64,000 bases of DNA from Candidatus Giovannonibacteria bacterium (GCA_016186825.1 JACPKW010000004.1:64428-128427); one strand, 5' to 3'. Counted from the first letter of the stretch, positions 46,668 to 56,434 are shown. Notes: a model not told the origin generated them from the sequence alone. Translations and numbers: made by a program.

Positions 46668-48089
46668 TTGAAAAGAATTTCTTTTTCTTTGTATTTTATT
46701 ATATGGAAAATCATGGAAAATTGTACTGAAGATCTAATAATAAGACCTGAAAAATCATTCAAACCTAGTATAAATTTTTCAAATCTTCTTGGAAATTCTC
46801 ATTTCGCAGAAAATTTAGAACCAATAATAAGTTCTCTCCGCGAATCGCAGTATTGGCCATTATCAAAGTTGGAGCAGATTCGCGAAGAGCGATTTCGAAA
46901 TTTATCTCATGATATTCGATCTTCTAAATTTTGGAGTGAATATTTCAAGAAATATGCAATTTCTACTTCTTCAAGTGAGGTATCAGAAGAATTATTAAAA
47001 TTTCCTGTTATTAATCGAAATGACTTCAGGAACTGGGGTAAGAATGTCTTTATTTATCAAAAAGATTTAAATATATTCAAAACTATTACAAGTGGGACAA
47101 GCGGGACTCCTTTAGAAATTATTCTGGACAAAAAAACTGCATCTATTGCTTATTTTTCCTTTTTCTTCAGAAATCCAATTTTTGAAAAAATTGATTTAGG
47201 TATATTGAATAGAAAATTTATTGTTAGTTTGGGAAACCATGGTTTAAGAAGATGGTTTAGGGATTTTATTTATCTATTTTCCATTTCTCCATCAGATCTT
47301 GAAAAAAAAGAAGTTCGCCAGAAAATATATAAACAGTTTGAAAAAATACCTGATGGAATGCTCGGAGGGTTTGCGTCTGTTGTCTTGAAGTTCGCTGAAT
47401 ATGCCGCCGATGAAAAAATAAAATTTCCGGGTCTATCTGCGATTAAAATCAGCAGTGAAGGGATTGGTTTGAATGATAGAACTTTTATTGAAAAGACTTT
47501 TGGCGCTCCTGTCCTGAATGAATTGAATTGTTCTGAAGCTGGCATGATTGGGTTCGAATGCCCTGAAAACCTTGGAAAATTTCATCTTAATGCTGAAAGA
47601 ATAATCATGGAGATTGTTGGAGAAAACAATGAAGCATTAGGGAAAAATAAAGAAGGTAAAATTATAATCACAGCCTTGGACCGTATAGCGATGCCTATAA
47701 TTCGTTATGAAATAGGAGATCGTGGAAAATTACTTTCTGAAATTTGTCGTTGTGGAAGAACTCTGCCATTGTTTGAATTTACTGGTCGTCAAAACAATAG
47801 TTTAATTTTTTCTGACGGGAAAAAAATTCGTTCAATTATAATACAAAGTGCATTAATCAAAAGTGGTTTGGCGAAAAAATGTAATTTCATCCAACTAAAG
47901 CAGCTAAATCCATACGATTTCCAATTCACAATTATTCCTTCACCTCTCTATTCCAAAGAGGATGAAACAAAAATAAGGGTGATTCTAACAAATCTTACGG
48001 AAAACAGAAAAATAAAAATTGATTTCGAATATAAAAACATTTCCGATTTAAAAAATAATAAACCATCTTTTTTTGTTCCTTTGCAATAA
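46668..48089 (+). CDS. PaaK/CapK/F390-synthetase-family adenylate-forming enzyme
   Basis: TSGTSGTPL AMP-binding motif, IRYEIGDRG; table start is TTG, probable ATG at 46713. Confidence 0.55.
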   Translation: MKRISFSLYFIIWKIMENCTEDLIIRPEKSFKPSINFSNLLGNSHFAENLEPIISSLRESQYWPLSKLEQIREERFRNLSHDIRSSKFWSEYFKKYAISTSSSEVSEELLKFPVINRNDFRNWGKNVFIYQKDLNIFKTITSGTSGTPLEIILDKKTASIAYFSFFFRNPIFEKIDLGILNRKFIVSLGNHGLRRWFRDFIYLFSISPSDLEKKEVRQKIYKQFEKIPDGMLGGFASVVLKFAEYAADEKIKFPGLSAIKISSEGIGLNDRTFIEKTFGAPVLNELNCSEAGMIGFECPENLGKFHLNAERIIMEIVGENNEALGKNKEGKIIITALDRIAMPIIRYEIGDRGKLLSEICRCGRTLPLFEFTGRQNNSLIFSDGKKIRSIIIQSALIKSGLAKKCNFIQLKQLNPYDFQFTIIPSPLYSKEDETKIRVILTNLTENRKIKIDFEYKNISDLKNNKPSFFVPLQ

Positions 48090-48092
48090 AAA

Positions 48093-48122
48093 AGAGGAGC
48101 GATGTTACAAATCGCTCCCCCT
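48093..48122. terminator. bidirectional hairpin between convergent genes
   Basis: GGAGCGATGTTACAAATCGCTCC stem-loop flanked by A-run and C/T-run. Confidence 0.5.
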
Positions 48123-48142
48123 TAGAGCTCCGTCGGCAGATG

Positions 48143-48760
48143 CTAATTGCGGCGAGCAATATCCGGACTTCGGTTGCCGGAGTTAATGAGTTCGATCTCC
48201 CTTGTTCCACCAGGAGATCCTCGAGAAAAGCTCTCCATTCTGTACTTCGCGATGACCTTTTTGCTTTCGCAGTAATAATAGGTCATTTTGAGTTCGATGG
48301 ATCGAGCACTCTCCGTCCTCGAGAGCTTTATCGCACTGCAGTTGCCGGCGGCCGTAGAAATGTTTTCCGTCCCGACGATTGCAGTGCCTGTTTCCATGCG
48401 GGTGCTCCTCGGACTGGTCGGCCTCATATAATTTCCATCCCATTTATCAGCGAGTGGAAATTTTAAGAGGTCTTTTCCTGTTCCAGGCAACATATCTTGG
48501 AGCACGTAGACCTCTTGCCCGTTGGTGTCGAGGGGAACTTCCCGATTCTTAGATCTGTCGAGCCAAAAAAAGGAGAAACTCGAACCATCATACACGGCGA
48601 GGTATTCCTCACCGTTCATGACAGCCATTTCCTTCCTAACGAAGTCCTTTTCGACGACCTTGAAGACCCAGAAGTCTCCCGAGTTGTAGCTCGGTTGCGC
48701 ATGAGCAAACGAGGTTAAGGCCGCTAAAGCAATGACGACGAAAAAAAACTTTATTTTCAT
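48143..48760 (-). CDS. secreted hypothetical protein (205 aa)
   Basis: Signal peptide MKIKFFFVVIALAALTSFAHA. Confidence 0.45.
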   Translation of the reverse strand: MKIKFFFVVIALAALTSFAHAQPSYNSGDFWVFKVVEKDFVRKEMAVMNGEEYLAVYDGSSFSFFWLDRSKNREVPLDTNGQEVYVLQDMLPGTGKDLLKFPLADKWDGNYMRPTSPRSTRMETGTAIVGTENISTAAGNCSAIKLSRTESARSIELKMTYYYCESKKVIAKYRMESFSRGSPGGTREIELINSGNRSPDIARRN

Positions 48761-48869
48761 ATATTGGCCCCTCCTAATGGCCTTTGTTAAACTATGAAAA
48801 TCATAGCTTAAAACGAAAATTTTGTAAAGAGCCTTTGCTTTCGTGCTATAATTTTAACATAAAAACGGT

Positions 48870-49694
48870 ATGGAAAGTTTTAGCAAAAAAGATATTCTGA
48901 TTTCTTTAATTTTTTTACTGTTTTTAGGATTTTTTACGTTCCAAGATGATTTCTCTGGAATTGCATGGGGGAAGTATAAAAATGCAGATTTTGCCCTGGC
49001 GCTCAATGGAAATAATGCAAAGCTCGCATATGAAATTGGAGATTATTATTTCAACGGGCGTGCATGTGTTGAAACAGCCGGAAAAGGATGCTATGACCTG
49101 GAGAAAGCGGAGGCGGGATATAAAAAAGCGATTTCGATAAACCCGAAATTTGAACGCGCGCATTATCAGCTTGCGAGGATTTATTTTGTTAAAGGCGAGC
49201 GGGAGCGAGCGATGAAAGAAATTAATTTGGAACTCGAATATTATCCCGATTACAAGCGGTCTTATTACGTGCGCGGGCTTATAAACGGCTATGACGGCAG
49301 GTTGGAAGCTGCGGAAAAAGATTTTCTCGAATTTATTTCTTGGGCGCCTTACGAATGGGGAGGATATAACGATCTTGCATGGATTCTCTTGAAATCAAGC
49401 AAATACGAGCAAGCAAAAGAAATTGCGCTTGCGGGATTAAAATATCCGAGCACCCGAGATAACCCCTGGCTTTTGAATGCTTTAGGAGCGTCAGAGCTTA
49501 ATTTAAGGGATTATGATTCTGCAAAAAGTACTTTCGAAAAAGTCAGCGAAATTCTCATGGATTTTCCAGAAAGCGAATTTGAGAAAGCTTATCCGGGTAA
49601 TAATCCGCTATCAGTCGGGGCTGGGCTTACGGCATTCAAAACCGCCGTTTTAGAAAATTTAAAAAAAAGCGAGGAAGGGACGCGCAGGGATTAA
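48870..49694 (+). CDS. TPR-repeat protein, membrane-anchored
   Basis: N-terminal TM; repeated Ala/Tyr/Leu 34-residue-like helices (AHYQLARIYF..., YYVRGLI...). Confidence 0.5.
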   Translation: MESFSKKDILISLIFLLFLGFFTFQDDFSGIAWGKYKNADFALALNGNNAKLAYEIGDYYFNGRACVETAGKGCYDLEKAEAGYKKAISINPKFERAHYQLARIYFVKGERERAMKEINLELEYYPDYKRSYYVRGLINGYDGRLEAAEKDFLEFISWAPYEWGGYNDLAWILLKSSKYEQAKEIALAGLKYPSTRDNPWLLNALGASELNLRDYDSAKSTFEKVSEILMDFPESEFEKAYPGNNPLSVGAGLTAFKTAVLENLKKSEEGTRRD

Positions 49695-49712
49695 AAGGGG
49701 TGTTAATAACCT

Positions 49713-51719
49713 TTGCTCGAAATGAGTGTCTTAAGACTTATAATAAGATTAATGCAGAAATGGATTGAGACCAGCGTTTCGGAGAAAATCACAACAGGGC
49801 TCGGGTTTTTTATTGTTTTGTTATTTGCTGTAGCCGTCTTTAATTCGAGCGCTGCAAAAGTCGGTCAGAGCGCAAAATGGACCCAGTCTGTAGGGAACGC
49901 AATAACAGTTCCGGCATGCGTTGGAAGCGAAGATCATGATGTCATGATCAATCTTTCCTTGACAATGGATTGCGCCTCTGACCCGAAGCGTGTTGTTTTG
50001 ACTTGGAATGATATCAATGAAATTGTGTCAGAGAGCGGACAAGATACGGTTAAATATGATATTTACAGGTGCGATGGTGCTTGCGTTGAATTTATTAAAA
50101 TTGGGAGTGTCCCCGATACTTTGGATGGTATTGGTAATTACACATTTTCTGACAGCTCCGGCGTTCCAAGCAGTTCGACCTATCAATATCAAATCGAGGC
50201 GTCCGATGCCGTAAACAAAACGGCTTATAGTAATATAGCTTCCATAGTCCCAACTTGTGGCGGGGGTTCTCCCGAGCTCTCTGCGGATTTGACGGCGGAA
50301 CCGTCTAGCGGGGCGGCGCCTTTGAACGGCGTGGATTTGTTCGCAAGAATTGACGGGACTGCACAGGGCGCGATTAATTATTCTTTCGATTGTAATCCGG
50401 CGGATGGCAATGATACGCCAGAAGAGCAATATAAAGGCGTTGGAGGTGGGCTCGTTGGCCATTGGAAATTTGATGAGGCGGCTGACGGAAATATTGTCGC
50501 GCGGGATTCATCCGGGTATGATAATGTCGGCACGCTTATCAACGGCCCTGTAAGATTGGACGGCAAACTCGGCCGCGCCCTGGATTTCAACGGTTCGAGC
50601 AATTATGTTGAAATTTCTGATTCTGCCTCGCTTGATGCTTCCCAGATGACATTTTCTGCGTGGATTCGCACAACAGATGATCAGGGCATGATCGCGGAGC
50701 GCTACAGTTACGATCCCATAACCGGGGGACATGGCTGGAGGCTTGAGGTTTGGCCCGGCGGAACTCTATTTGGAGCAGTTTTTATAAACGGCAATAATTA
50801 TAATCCATGGCCTTACGGCAAGGGTCCTGTAATTAATGACGGGAGCTGGCATCACGTTGCAATGACCGCGGACGGCTCAACAGGAATATGGTACTTCGAC
50901 GGAAATGTCGCCACGGGACCGGGACTTAATAATCCATTCGCGCTTGCGGGACCGGTTGATGATACCGATGCGGGCGTTACAATCGGCAATGGTGTGGCGG
51001 GCTTCTTTAACGGTGTAATTGACGATGTTCGTTTGTATAACCGCTCGCTTTCAGCTGGGGAAATCAAAGATATGTATGACGCGAATGTCGCAGGATATCT
51101 TGACGGGAAAAAAGCAGTTGACATTTGCAGTTATCCTGTGAAAGGAGATTATTTTCCAAAAGTAACGGTTACGCGCGGGGGCAAAGCAGCAGAGGACACG
51201 ACGGACATTCCAGTTTCTGTAACAGGTTGTACGGATGATAGCCAGTGTGCAACCGGAAACTGCAACGAGGCAACCGGAATTTGCGAAGCCGCCCCCAATT
51301 TCTTTCTCGAAGATTCGGGTCCGATGAAAGCGAGAATTATCGGGAACAGTTCAACCTGGTCGGAGCCGACTACGATTAGCGTGACAAATGTCGTCAACTT
51401 TTCGGATAATGTTAAGCTTTCGCGCGATGGTTCAAAACCCGTCCGGGACTGCGTTACCAATGTGGAAAAAATCTTTTCCGGCACCTATAACTTTGATCCC
51501 TCGCAGATTTCATCTCCCTACTCAAGCGGATCGGAATTTAAAATCAGAGTTGCCGCCACGAATCCTCCGGGCTGCTACAAAATACCTATCAAGGGTGAAG
51601 GCGGAGGAATTTCGAGAGAGCACGAGGTTAAGCTGAACGTAGATATAAATAATCCCTCGTATAAAGAAGTATTTGCACCGACGCTTCGGTTATTGGCATC
51701 CCTGTTTAATATTTTTTAG
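49713..51719 (+). CDS. large surface protein: Fn3-like + LamG/concanavalin-like lectin domain + shared C-terminal module
   Basis: LVGHWKFDE...GSWHHVAMTADGS...IDDVRLYNRSLSAGEI is a LamG_3 signature; C-terminal ~200 aa homologous to C-terminus of 52119 protein. Confidence 0.55.
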   Translation: MLEMSVLRLIIRLMQKWIETSVSEKITTGLGFFIVLLFAVAVFNSSAAKVGQSAKWTQSVGNAITVPACVGSEDHDVMINLSLTMDCASDPKRVVLTWNDINEIVSESGQDTVKYDIYRCDGACVEFIKIGSVPDTLDGIGNYTFSDSSGVPSSSTYQYQIEASDAVNKTAYSNIASIVPTCGGGSPELSADLTAEPSSGAAPLNGVDLFARIDGTAQGAINYSFDCNPADGNDTPEEQYKGVGGGLVGHWKFDEAADGNIVARDSSGYDNVGTLINGPVRLDGKLGRALDFNGSSNYVEISDSASLDASQMTFSAWIRTTDDQGMIAERYSYDPITGGHGWRLEVWPGGTLFGAVFINGNNYNPWPYGKGPVINDGSWHHVAMTADGSTGIWYFDGNVATGPGLNNPFALAGPVDDTDAGVTIGNGVAGFFNGVIDDVRLYNRSLSAGEIKDMYDANVAGYLDGKKAVDICSYPVKGDYFPKVTVTRGGKAAEDTTDIPVSVTGCTDDSQCATGNCNEATGICEAAPNFFLEDSGPMKARIIGNSSTWSEPTTISVTNVVNFSDNVKLSRDGSKPVRDCVTNVEKIFSGTYNFDPSQISSPYSSGSEFKIRVAATNPPGCYKIPIKGEGGGISREHEVKLNVDINNPSYKEVFAPTLRLLASLFNIF

Positions 51720-51726
51720 GCATTTT

Positions 51727-52119
51727 ATGTCGAGTCAGTCTTTTTTTCTGAAGCCCTCATTCCAAAGAGATGTTTTTCGGATTGTCATCGGAATATTTAT
51801 CGTATCTTTGATCTTGCTCGGGCTTTCTTATCTCCCGTTTAGGAGTTCTATTACTTCAGCGGAACCCATTTTCGGGACGATTACTTTTTTAGATGAGTAT
51901 CAGAAATTCATAAAAATTCAAGCGGATGGGAATCCTCCGAAAACGTGGGACGTTATGATCCGCGGCGTAAAAATAAACAAAGATACAGGCGGCAATGTTG
52001 AGGAAGGCGCAATGGGCGATTTTTTGATCGGCGCGAAAATAAAAATCACGGCGAAGCCCGATTCAGCTGATCCGGAGAATCACGTTATTACCCCGGATTT
52101 AATTACGATTATCAGATAA
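51727..52119 (+). CDS. hypothetical membrane-anchored protein (~130 aa)
   Basis: Internal Met start with TM helix RIVIGIFIVSLILLGLS. Confidence 0.35.
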   Translation: MSSQSFFLKPSFQRDVFRIVIGIFIVSLILLGLSYLPFRSSITSAEPIFGTITFLDEYQKFIKIQADGNPPKTWDVMIRGVKINKDTGGNVEEGAMGDFLIGAKIKITAKPDSADPENHVITPDLITIIR

Positions 52120-54491
52120 TGAAAGATTTTAAAATTAACCGGCTAAAAATTGCGTCTGCATTTTTTATAATATCCCTTGCCGGGTTATTGGTTTTTATTC
52201 TTGAAAAGAATTCGCCAATTCAAACCGCCGAGGCCGCTTCGGCGCAAAACGGAGAAGACGGGCAAGCGGGAGGATGCTTTAACCAAGGCGACGATTGGAC
52301 CGGAAAAACTGGCGGTCTGGCTAGTGGACTGAACGGTGGCGCAGGAGGAAAAGGCGCACCTGCTGGCTGCGGGTTTCCCGCTGGGCGCGGAGGAAATGGC
52401 GGAAGAGGCGCGGATGTGGCAACTCTCATAACTGCGGGCCGCGGAGGAGCGGGTGGACAAGGCGGCAGCGCATGCAGCGCGCCTGGGGGAGATTGTCTAG
52501 GCCAACCGTCTGAAACAGCAGGAGATGGAGGGCGCGGAGGCGATGGCGGCGATCTTACATATGGTTCAAACATCTCCGGTCTTGCCGCCTATGCGCTCCG
52601 CGGAGGACAGGGAGGAAATGGCGGCGCGCCAGGTGCTGGAAATAACATGGGCGGAAGAGGAGGCGATGGCGGTAACGGAGGAAGTGTAACCTTGAATGGC
52701 GATGTAACCGTAACGAGCGGTGACTTTGTGACTGACTATGTTTTTGGCGATAATATTATTTGGGGAGGTTTAGGGGGGACTGGAGGAGGCGCTTATGGAG
52801 TTCTATCCTATAAAAAGGAATACGGCAGTGGCGGAAATGGAGGTGATGTGACAATAAAAGGCAAATTAAACATCGCGGGAGTTAGCGGCCATTCTGTGGT
52901 AAGAGGCGGCGGAGGAGGAGTCGGATCAAATGGTGGCAATGGCGGCAATGTGCGCGTTTTAAATATTTTTATCCAAAATTCCGCACTTAATTACGATTTT
53001 TTTGAATCTATCGATGGTGCGCTCTCCGGAGGCTCAGGAAATTTTGCAACAAGCACCCTCATCATTTCGGGAAGAAAAGGGGGCGATGGAGGTAATGTGG
53101 TTGTTGAGGGTAATGTTGAGCTGCTTAACACAGTAGGCCAGCAAAAAATATATATGGCGTGGGCTGGCGAGGGGGGCGGCGGTAATTCGGGCGTACCGCT
53201 CGGTTCTTCCTATGCTGGAAAAGGCGGCGAAGGCGGAAAAGTAATTGTAAAAGGCGATTTATCTTTGAAAATTTCGGCGGCTGCTGACGGAGCACAGCAA
53301 AATGTCAATGGTATTGGGGGTGGCGCGGGAGGAGGGGGACTTGACGGAGGCGGAGCAGGAGGATGTGTGAGAGTTGGCGGCAATCTGATCAGAGAGAGAA
53401 ATAATAGGGGGAGTGACATTGGTATGAGAGGGTTTGTTGGGGGACAGGGTTATTCCCAGCCGGGTGGAAAAGGCGGCGATGCGGTTTTAGACGGGTCTAT
53501 CACAAATATTTTATCTACTTCCATGGACGTGCTCGTAGGATCCGGAAATCTTGGAACTCCGAGTGGAGCAGACGGAAAAACAAAAGCTGAAGGCGGTGTA
53601 TGTGATGGGGAGCCAATGATTCCTGCTGTAGTTATTACAGCGACTCCTTCAACGCCATCGGATACTTGCCCGGCTTTTGTAAATTTAAGCTGGTCGGACG
53701 CGCACACAAGCAATTACAACATTTACCGCTGTGAAGGCGCGGGATGCGCCCCCTCTATTTGGCGCATAGGGTGGACTTCAACAAGTTTAGTGGATAACAC
53801 CGTAACAAGCGGCGGAATCTATAGGTATATAATTAAGGCTTTTAATGGGGCTGATTTGAGCGCGGAATCAAATATCGTGGAAGGTGTGCCGCAATGCGCA
53901 TGTCCCGTGGGCGAACAAAATCCTCATTATACTTGCGAAAACGGGGCTTGTGTCGAAAAAACTTTCTGCGGTGTCCAGACCTGCACAGGTCCGGGAGATA
54001 ATTCATGCCTCGTTTCTGATTTTTCAATTGTGAGTTCAAATTCGATTTTTGCCATAGTGATTGGCACAAGCCACGCTGAATCCACGGAATCAACCATAAG
54101 CGTTACTAATGCACAGGGTATTACAGGTGATGTGAAATTGGGTTTTGATAACGCGAGAGCGATAATAGATTGCTCAACCGAAGTTGAAAAAACGATTCCG
54201 GGAGCGCAGTATCTTTTCGAGCCTTCGAAAAATATTCCCGAACCGTATTTAGAAACATCTCAATTTAGCGTGGATGTGCCCGCGCAAACGCCGAACGGAT
54301 GTTATAGAATTCCAATCAAGGGCGATAACGGCAATGGCATAAATACTATTACGCGCACTACTACTGTCGATTTGAATGTCATTTCCGCTCCGCCGGCATT
54401 TAAAGAAGTATTTAATCCTTTATTTAGATTATGGACAATAACAAAGACTCCCGTCTCATCCCTGCTAGTATCATTGCCGCTGGCTTTCTGA
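52119..54491 (+). CDS. large Gly-rich repeat surface protein (GGxGGxVxV/L repeats) with Fn3-like and shared C-terminal module
   Basis: More than 10 repeats like GGNGGDVTIKGKLNIAG; C-terminal CYRIPIKGDNGNGI...KEVFNPLFRLW parallels CYKIPIKGEGGGI...KEVFAPTLRLL of the 49713 protein. Confidence 0.5.
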   Translation: MKDFKINRLKIASAFFIISLAGLLVFILEKNSPIQTAEAASAQNGEDGQAGGCFNQGDDWTGKTGGLASGLNGGAGGKGAPAGCGFPAGRGGNGGRGADVATLITAGRGGAGGQGGSACSAPGGDCLGQPSETAGDGGRGGDGGDLTYGSNISGLAAYALRGGQGGNGGAPGAGNNMGGRGGDGGNGGSVTLNGDVTVTSGDFVTDYVFGDNIIWGGLGGTGGGAYGVLSYKKEYGSGGNGGDVTIKGKLNIAGVSGHSVVRGGGGGVGSNGGNGGNVRVLNIFIQNSALNYDFFESIDGALSGGSGNFATSTLIISGRKGGDGGNVVVEGNVELLNTVGQQKIYMAWAGEGGGGNSGVPLGSSYAGKGGEGGKVIVKGDLSLKISAAADGAQQNVNGIGGGAGGGGLDGGGAGGCVRVGGNLIRERNNRGSDIGMRGFVGGQGYSQPGGKGGDAVLDGSITNILSTSMDVLVGSGNLGTPSGADGKTKAEGGVCDGEPMIPAVVITATPSTPSDTCPAFVNLSWSDAHTSNYNIYRCEGAGCAPSIWRIGWTSTSLVDNTVTSGGIYRYIIKAFNGADLSAESNIVEGVPQCACPVGEQNPHYTCENGACVEKTFCGVQTCTGPGDNSCLVSDFSIVSSNSIFAIVIGTSHAESTESTISVTNAQGITGDVKLGFDNARAIIDCSTEVEKTIPGAQYLFEPSKNIPEPYLETSQFSVDVPAQTPNGCYRIPIKGDNGNGINTITRTTTVDLNVISAPPAFKEVFNPLFRLWTITKTPVSSLLVSLPLAF

Positions 54492-55159
54492 TCGCGCTTG
54501 CGGTTATTTATTCAAAAGGGGAAATTTCCAAGGATTCAAAAATTTCAGAATCAAACACTGCCGCTCAAGGGAAGAGTGTAACTTCGGGCCTAGACAATCT
54601 GCGGCCGATTGATTCGGGCGATCATATTTTGGGAAATCCAGACGCGGTTTTAAAAATCGTGGAGTATTCTGATTTGGAATGCCCTTTTTGCAAAACTTTT
54701 CATAAAACAATGCATCAGATCATGGATGAATACGGAAAAGACGGGCGTGTAGCCTGGGTTTACCGCCATCTGCCGATCGCGTCGCTTCACCCGCGCGCTT
54801 TTAAAGAATCCGAGGCTTCCGAATGCGCAAATGATCTCGGCGGAAATCAGAAATTCTGGGCGTATATCGACCGGATTTTTGAAATAACACCATCAAATAA
54901 CGGTCTTGATCCGAATCAGCTTTTGGAAACGGCTCGGGCGCTCGGATTTAATGAAAGCGATTTTAAGGGTTGCCTGGATTCTGGGAGGCATTCAAAGCGG
55001 ATTTCAGAGGATATTTCAAATGCATCAAAGATAGGAGTTGACGGGACTCCCTATAGCATTGTCGTTTTGCCTGATGGAAAAAAACTTACGCTTTCGGGCG
55101 CGCGTCCATATGAGGAAGTCCGAGCTTTTATTGATCAAGCGCTTGGATTCATCAAGTGA
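54431..55159 (+). CDS. DsbA-family thiol:disulfide oxidoreductase, membrane-anchored
   Basis: CPFC active site in thioredoxin fold, N-terminal TM. Confidence 0.7.
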   Translation: MDNNKDSRLIPASIIAAGFLIALAVIYSKGEISKDSKISESNTAAQGKSVTSGLDNLRPIDSGDHILGNPDAVLKIVEYSDLECPFCKTFHKTMHQIMDEYGKDGRVAWVYRHLPIASLHPRAFKESEASECANDLGGNQKFWAYIDRIFEITPSNNGLDPNQLLETARALGFNESDFKGCLDSGRHSKRISEDISNASKIGVDGTPYSIVVLPDGKKLTLSGARPYEEVRAFIDQALGFIK

Positions 55160-55226
55160 TTTAAATTGCCTCGGATGTTAAAATTATGATAGCTTTAAGC
55201 GGAGCTATTATTGGGTTTTAGAGTCT

Positions 55227-55403
55227 AAAGTATTTTATGGCTCATTGCGATTCTTGCGGCCATGATCATGTAAAAGCTTGCGGATGCGGATGCCCGCGGA
55301 CTGTTTGTGTAGTGTGTAAACACCACCATTCGAAAGAAGACGGCGGTTGTTTTTGCGGATGCAAAGTAAAAGTCAAGGATACCGAAGAAGAAGGAGATGA
55401 GGA
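55227..55403 (+). CDS. unannotated Cys/His-rich small protein (58 aa; 12 Cys, 6 His), putative metal-binding
   Basis: MAHCDSCGHDHVKACGCGCPRTVCVVCKHHHSKEDGGCFCGCKVKVKD + acidic tail; below ORF-table cutoff; opposite-strand 88 aa ORF is likely spurious. Confidence 0.45.
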
Positions 55404-55468
55404 ACAATCTTGAAAAACGAAACCTGAAACCTTTGTTTCTTATATTATTAAAATGATGCTTCAAGCCC

Positions 55469-56434
55469 ATGTTATATGATCTGATCATCATTGGCGGCGG
55501 ACCAGCGGGAGTGGCGGCGGGAGTCTATGCAGGGAGAAAACGCCTGAAAACATTGCTGGTTACTGATGCTTTCGGCGGGCAATCGCTTGTTTCCAATGAA
55601 ATCCAAAACTGGATTGGCACAAAGACTATCTCTGGTTTTGAGCTTGCCCAGAAAATGGAGGAACATCTTCGTGCGCAGGAAACGGTTGAAATAAAAATCC
55701 CGGAGAGAATTAAAGCTGTTGAACTTAGAGAAAAAAACTTTTTGATCCAGACGGAAAAAGGAGAGGCTTACGAAACGAAAGCGCTGATTGTTACGGCGGG
55801 CGCAAAGCGCAAGCGCCTCGGAGTTCCCGGCGAAGATAAATTCGAGGGAAGAGGCGTGGTTTATTGTTCCACGTGTGATGCGCCTTTGTTTGGAGACAAA
55901 ACCGTTGCGGTAGTTGGCGGAGGAAATGCTGCTCTTGAGGCCGTGGTTGATCTTCTCCCTTATGCAAAAAAAGTTTATTTATTGGTGCGCGGCGAGAAGT
56001 TGAAAGGCGATCAGATCACGCAGGAAAAAGTCGAGCGCGCCGAAAAAGTGGAGGTTATGTTTAATACGGAAATTGCTGAAGTAAAGGGTTCAAATTTTCT
56101 TGATACTGCGGTTATTAAAAATAGAAAAACCGAAGAAATGCGCGAACTTCCAGTTGAGGGCGTTTTTGTTGAAATAGGATCCGAACCGAATTCCGAAATT
56201 TTAAAATCACTTGTGGAGCTGAATCATTTCGGCGAGGTTGTAGTTGATCATCGGACAGGAAAAACTTCGCGTTCAGGAATTTTCGCGGCGGGCGATATCA
56301 CGGATGAACTTTATAAGCAGAATAATATTTCCGCGGGGGATGGTGTAGCCGCTGCGCTTTCAGCCTATAATTATCTTTTGGAGCGGGAGCATCAAAGCCC
56401 GGCTTCAGAAAAACTAAACGGAAATGGCAGCTGA
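55469..56434 (+). CDS. trxB: thioredoxin-disulfide reductase
   Basis: IIGGGPAG FAD motif, redox CSTC, VVGGGNAALE NADPH motif. Confidence 0.85.
   Translation: MLYDLIIIGGGPAGVAAGVYAGRKRLKTLLVTDAFGGQSLVSNEIQNWIGTKTISGFELAQKMEEHLRAQETVEIKIPERIKAVELREKNFLIQTEKGEAYETKALIVTAGAKRKRLGVPGEDKFEGRGVVYCSTCDAPLFGDKTVAVVGGGNAALEAVVDLLPYAKKVYLLVRGEKLKGDQITQEKVERAEKVEVMFNTEIAEVKGSNFLDTAVIKNRKTEEMRELPVEGVFVEIGSEPNSEILKSLVELNHFGEVVVDHRTGKTSRSGIFAAGDITDELYKQNNISAGDGVAAALSAYNYLLEREHQSPASEKLNGNGS

Noticed and set aside
46399-46762. Two minus-strand ORFs (81 and 119 aa) rich in Pro/Ser/Thr opposite the precursor-peptide gene
   Set aside because: They are reverse-complement artefacts of the GGN-rich coding sequence (GGC/GGT repeats read as Pro/Thr/Ala); no SD and low complexity
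55225-55491. 88 aa minus-strand ORF overlapping the Cys-rich peptide and the trxB start
   Set aside because: No start context and a featureless sequence; the plus-strand frame carries a highly non-random Cys/His pattern, and trxB overlaps its 5' end
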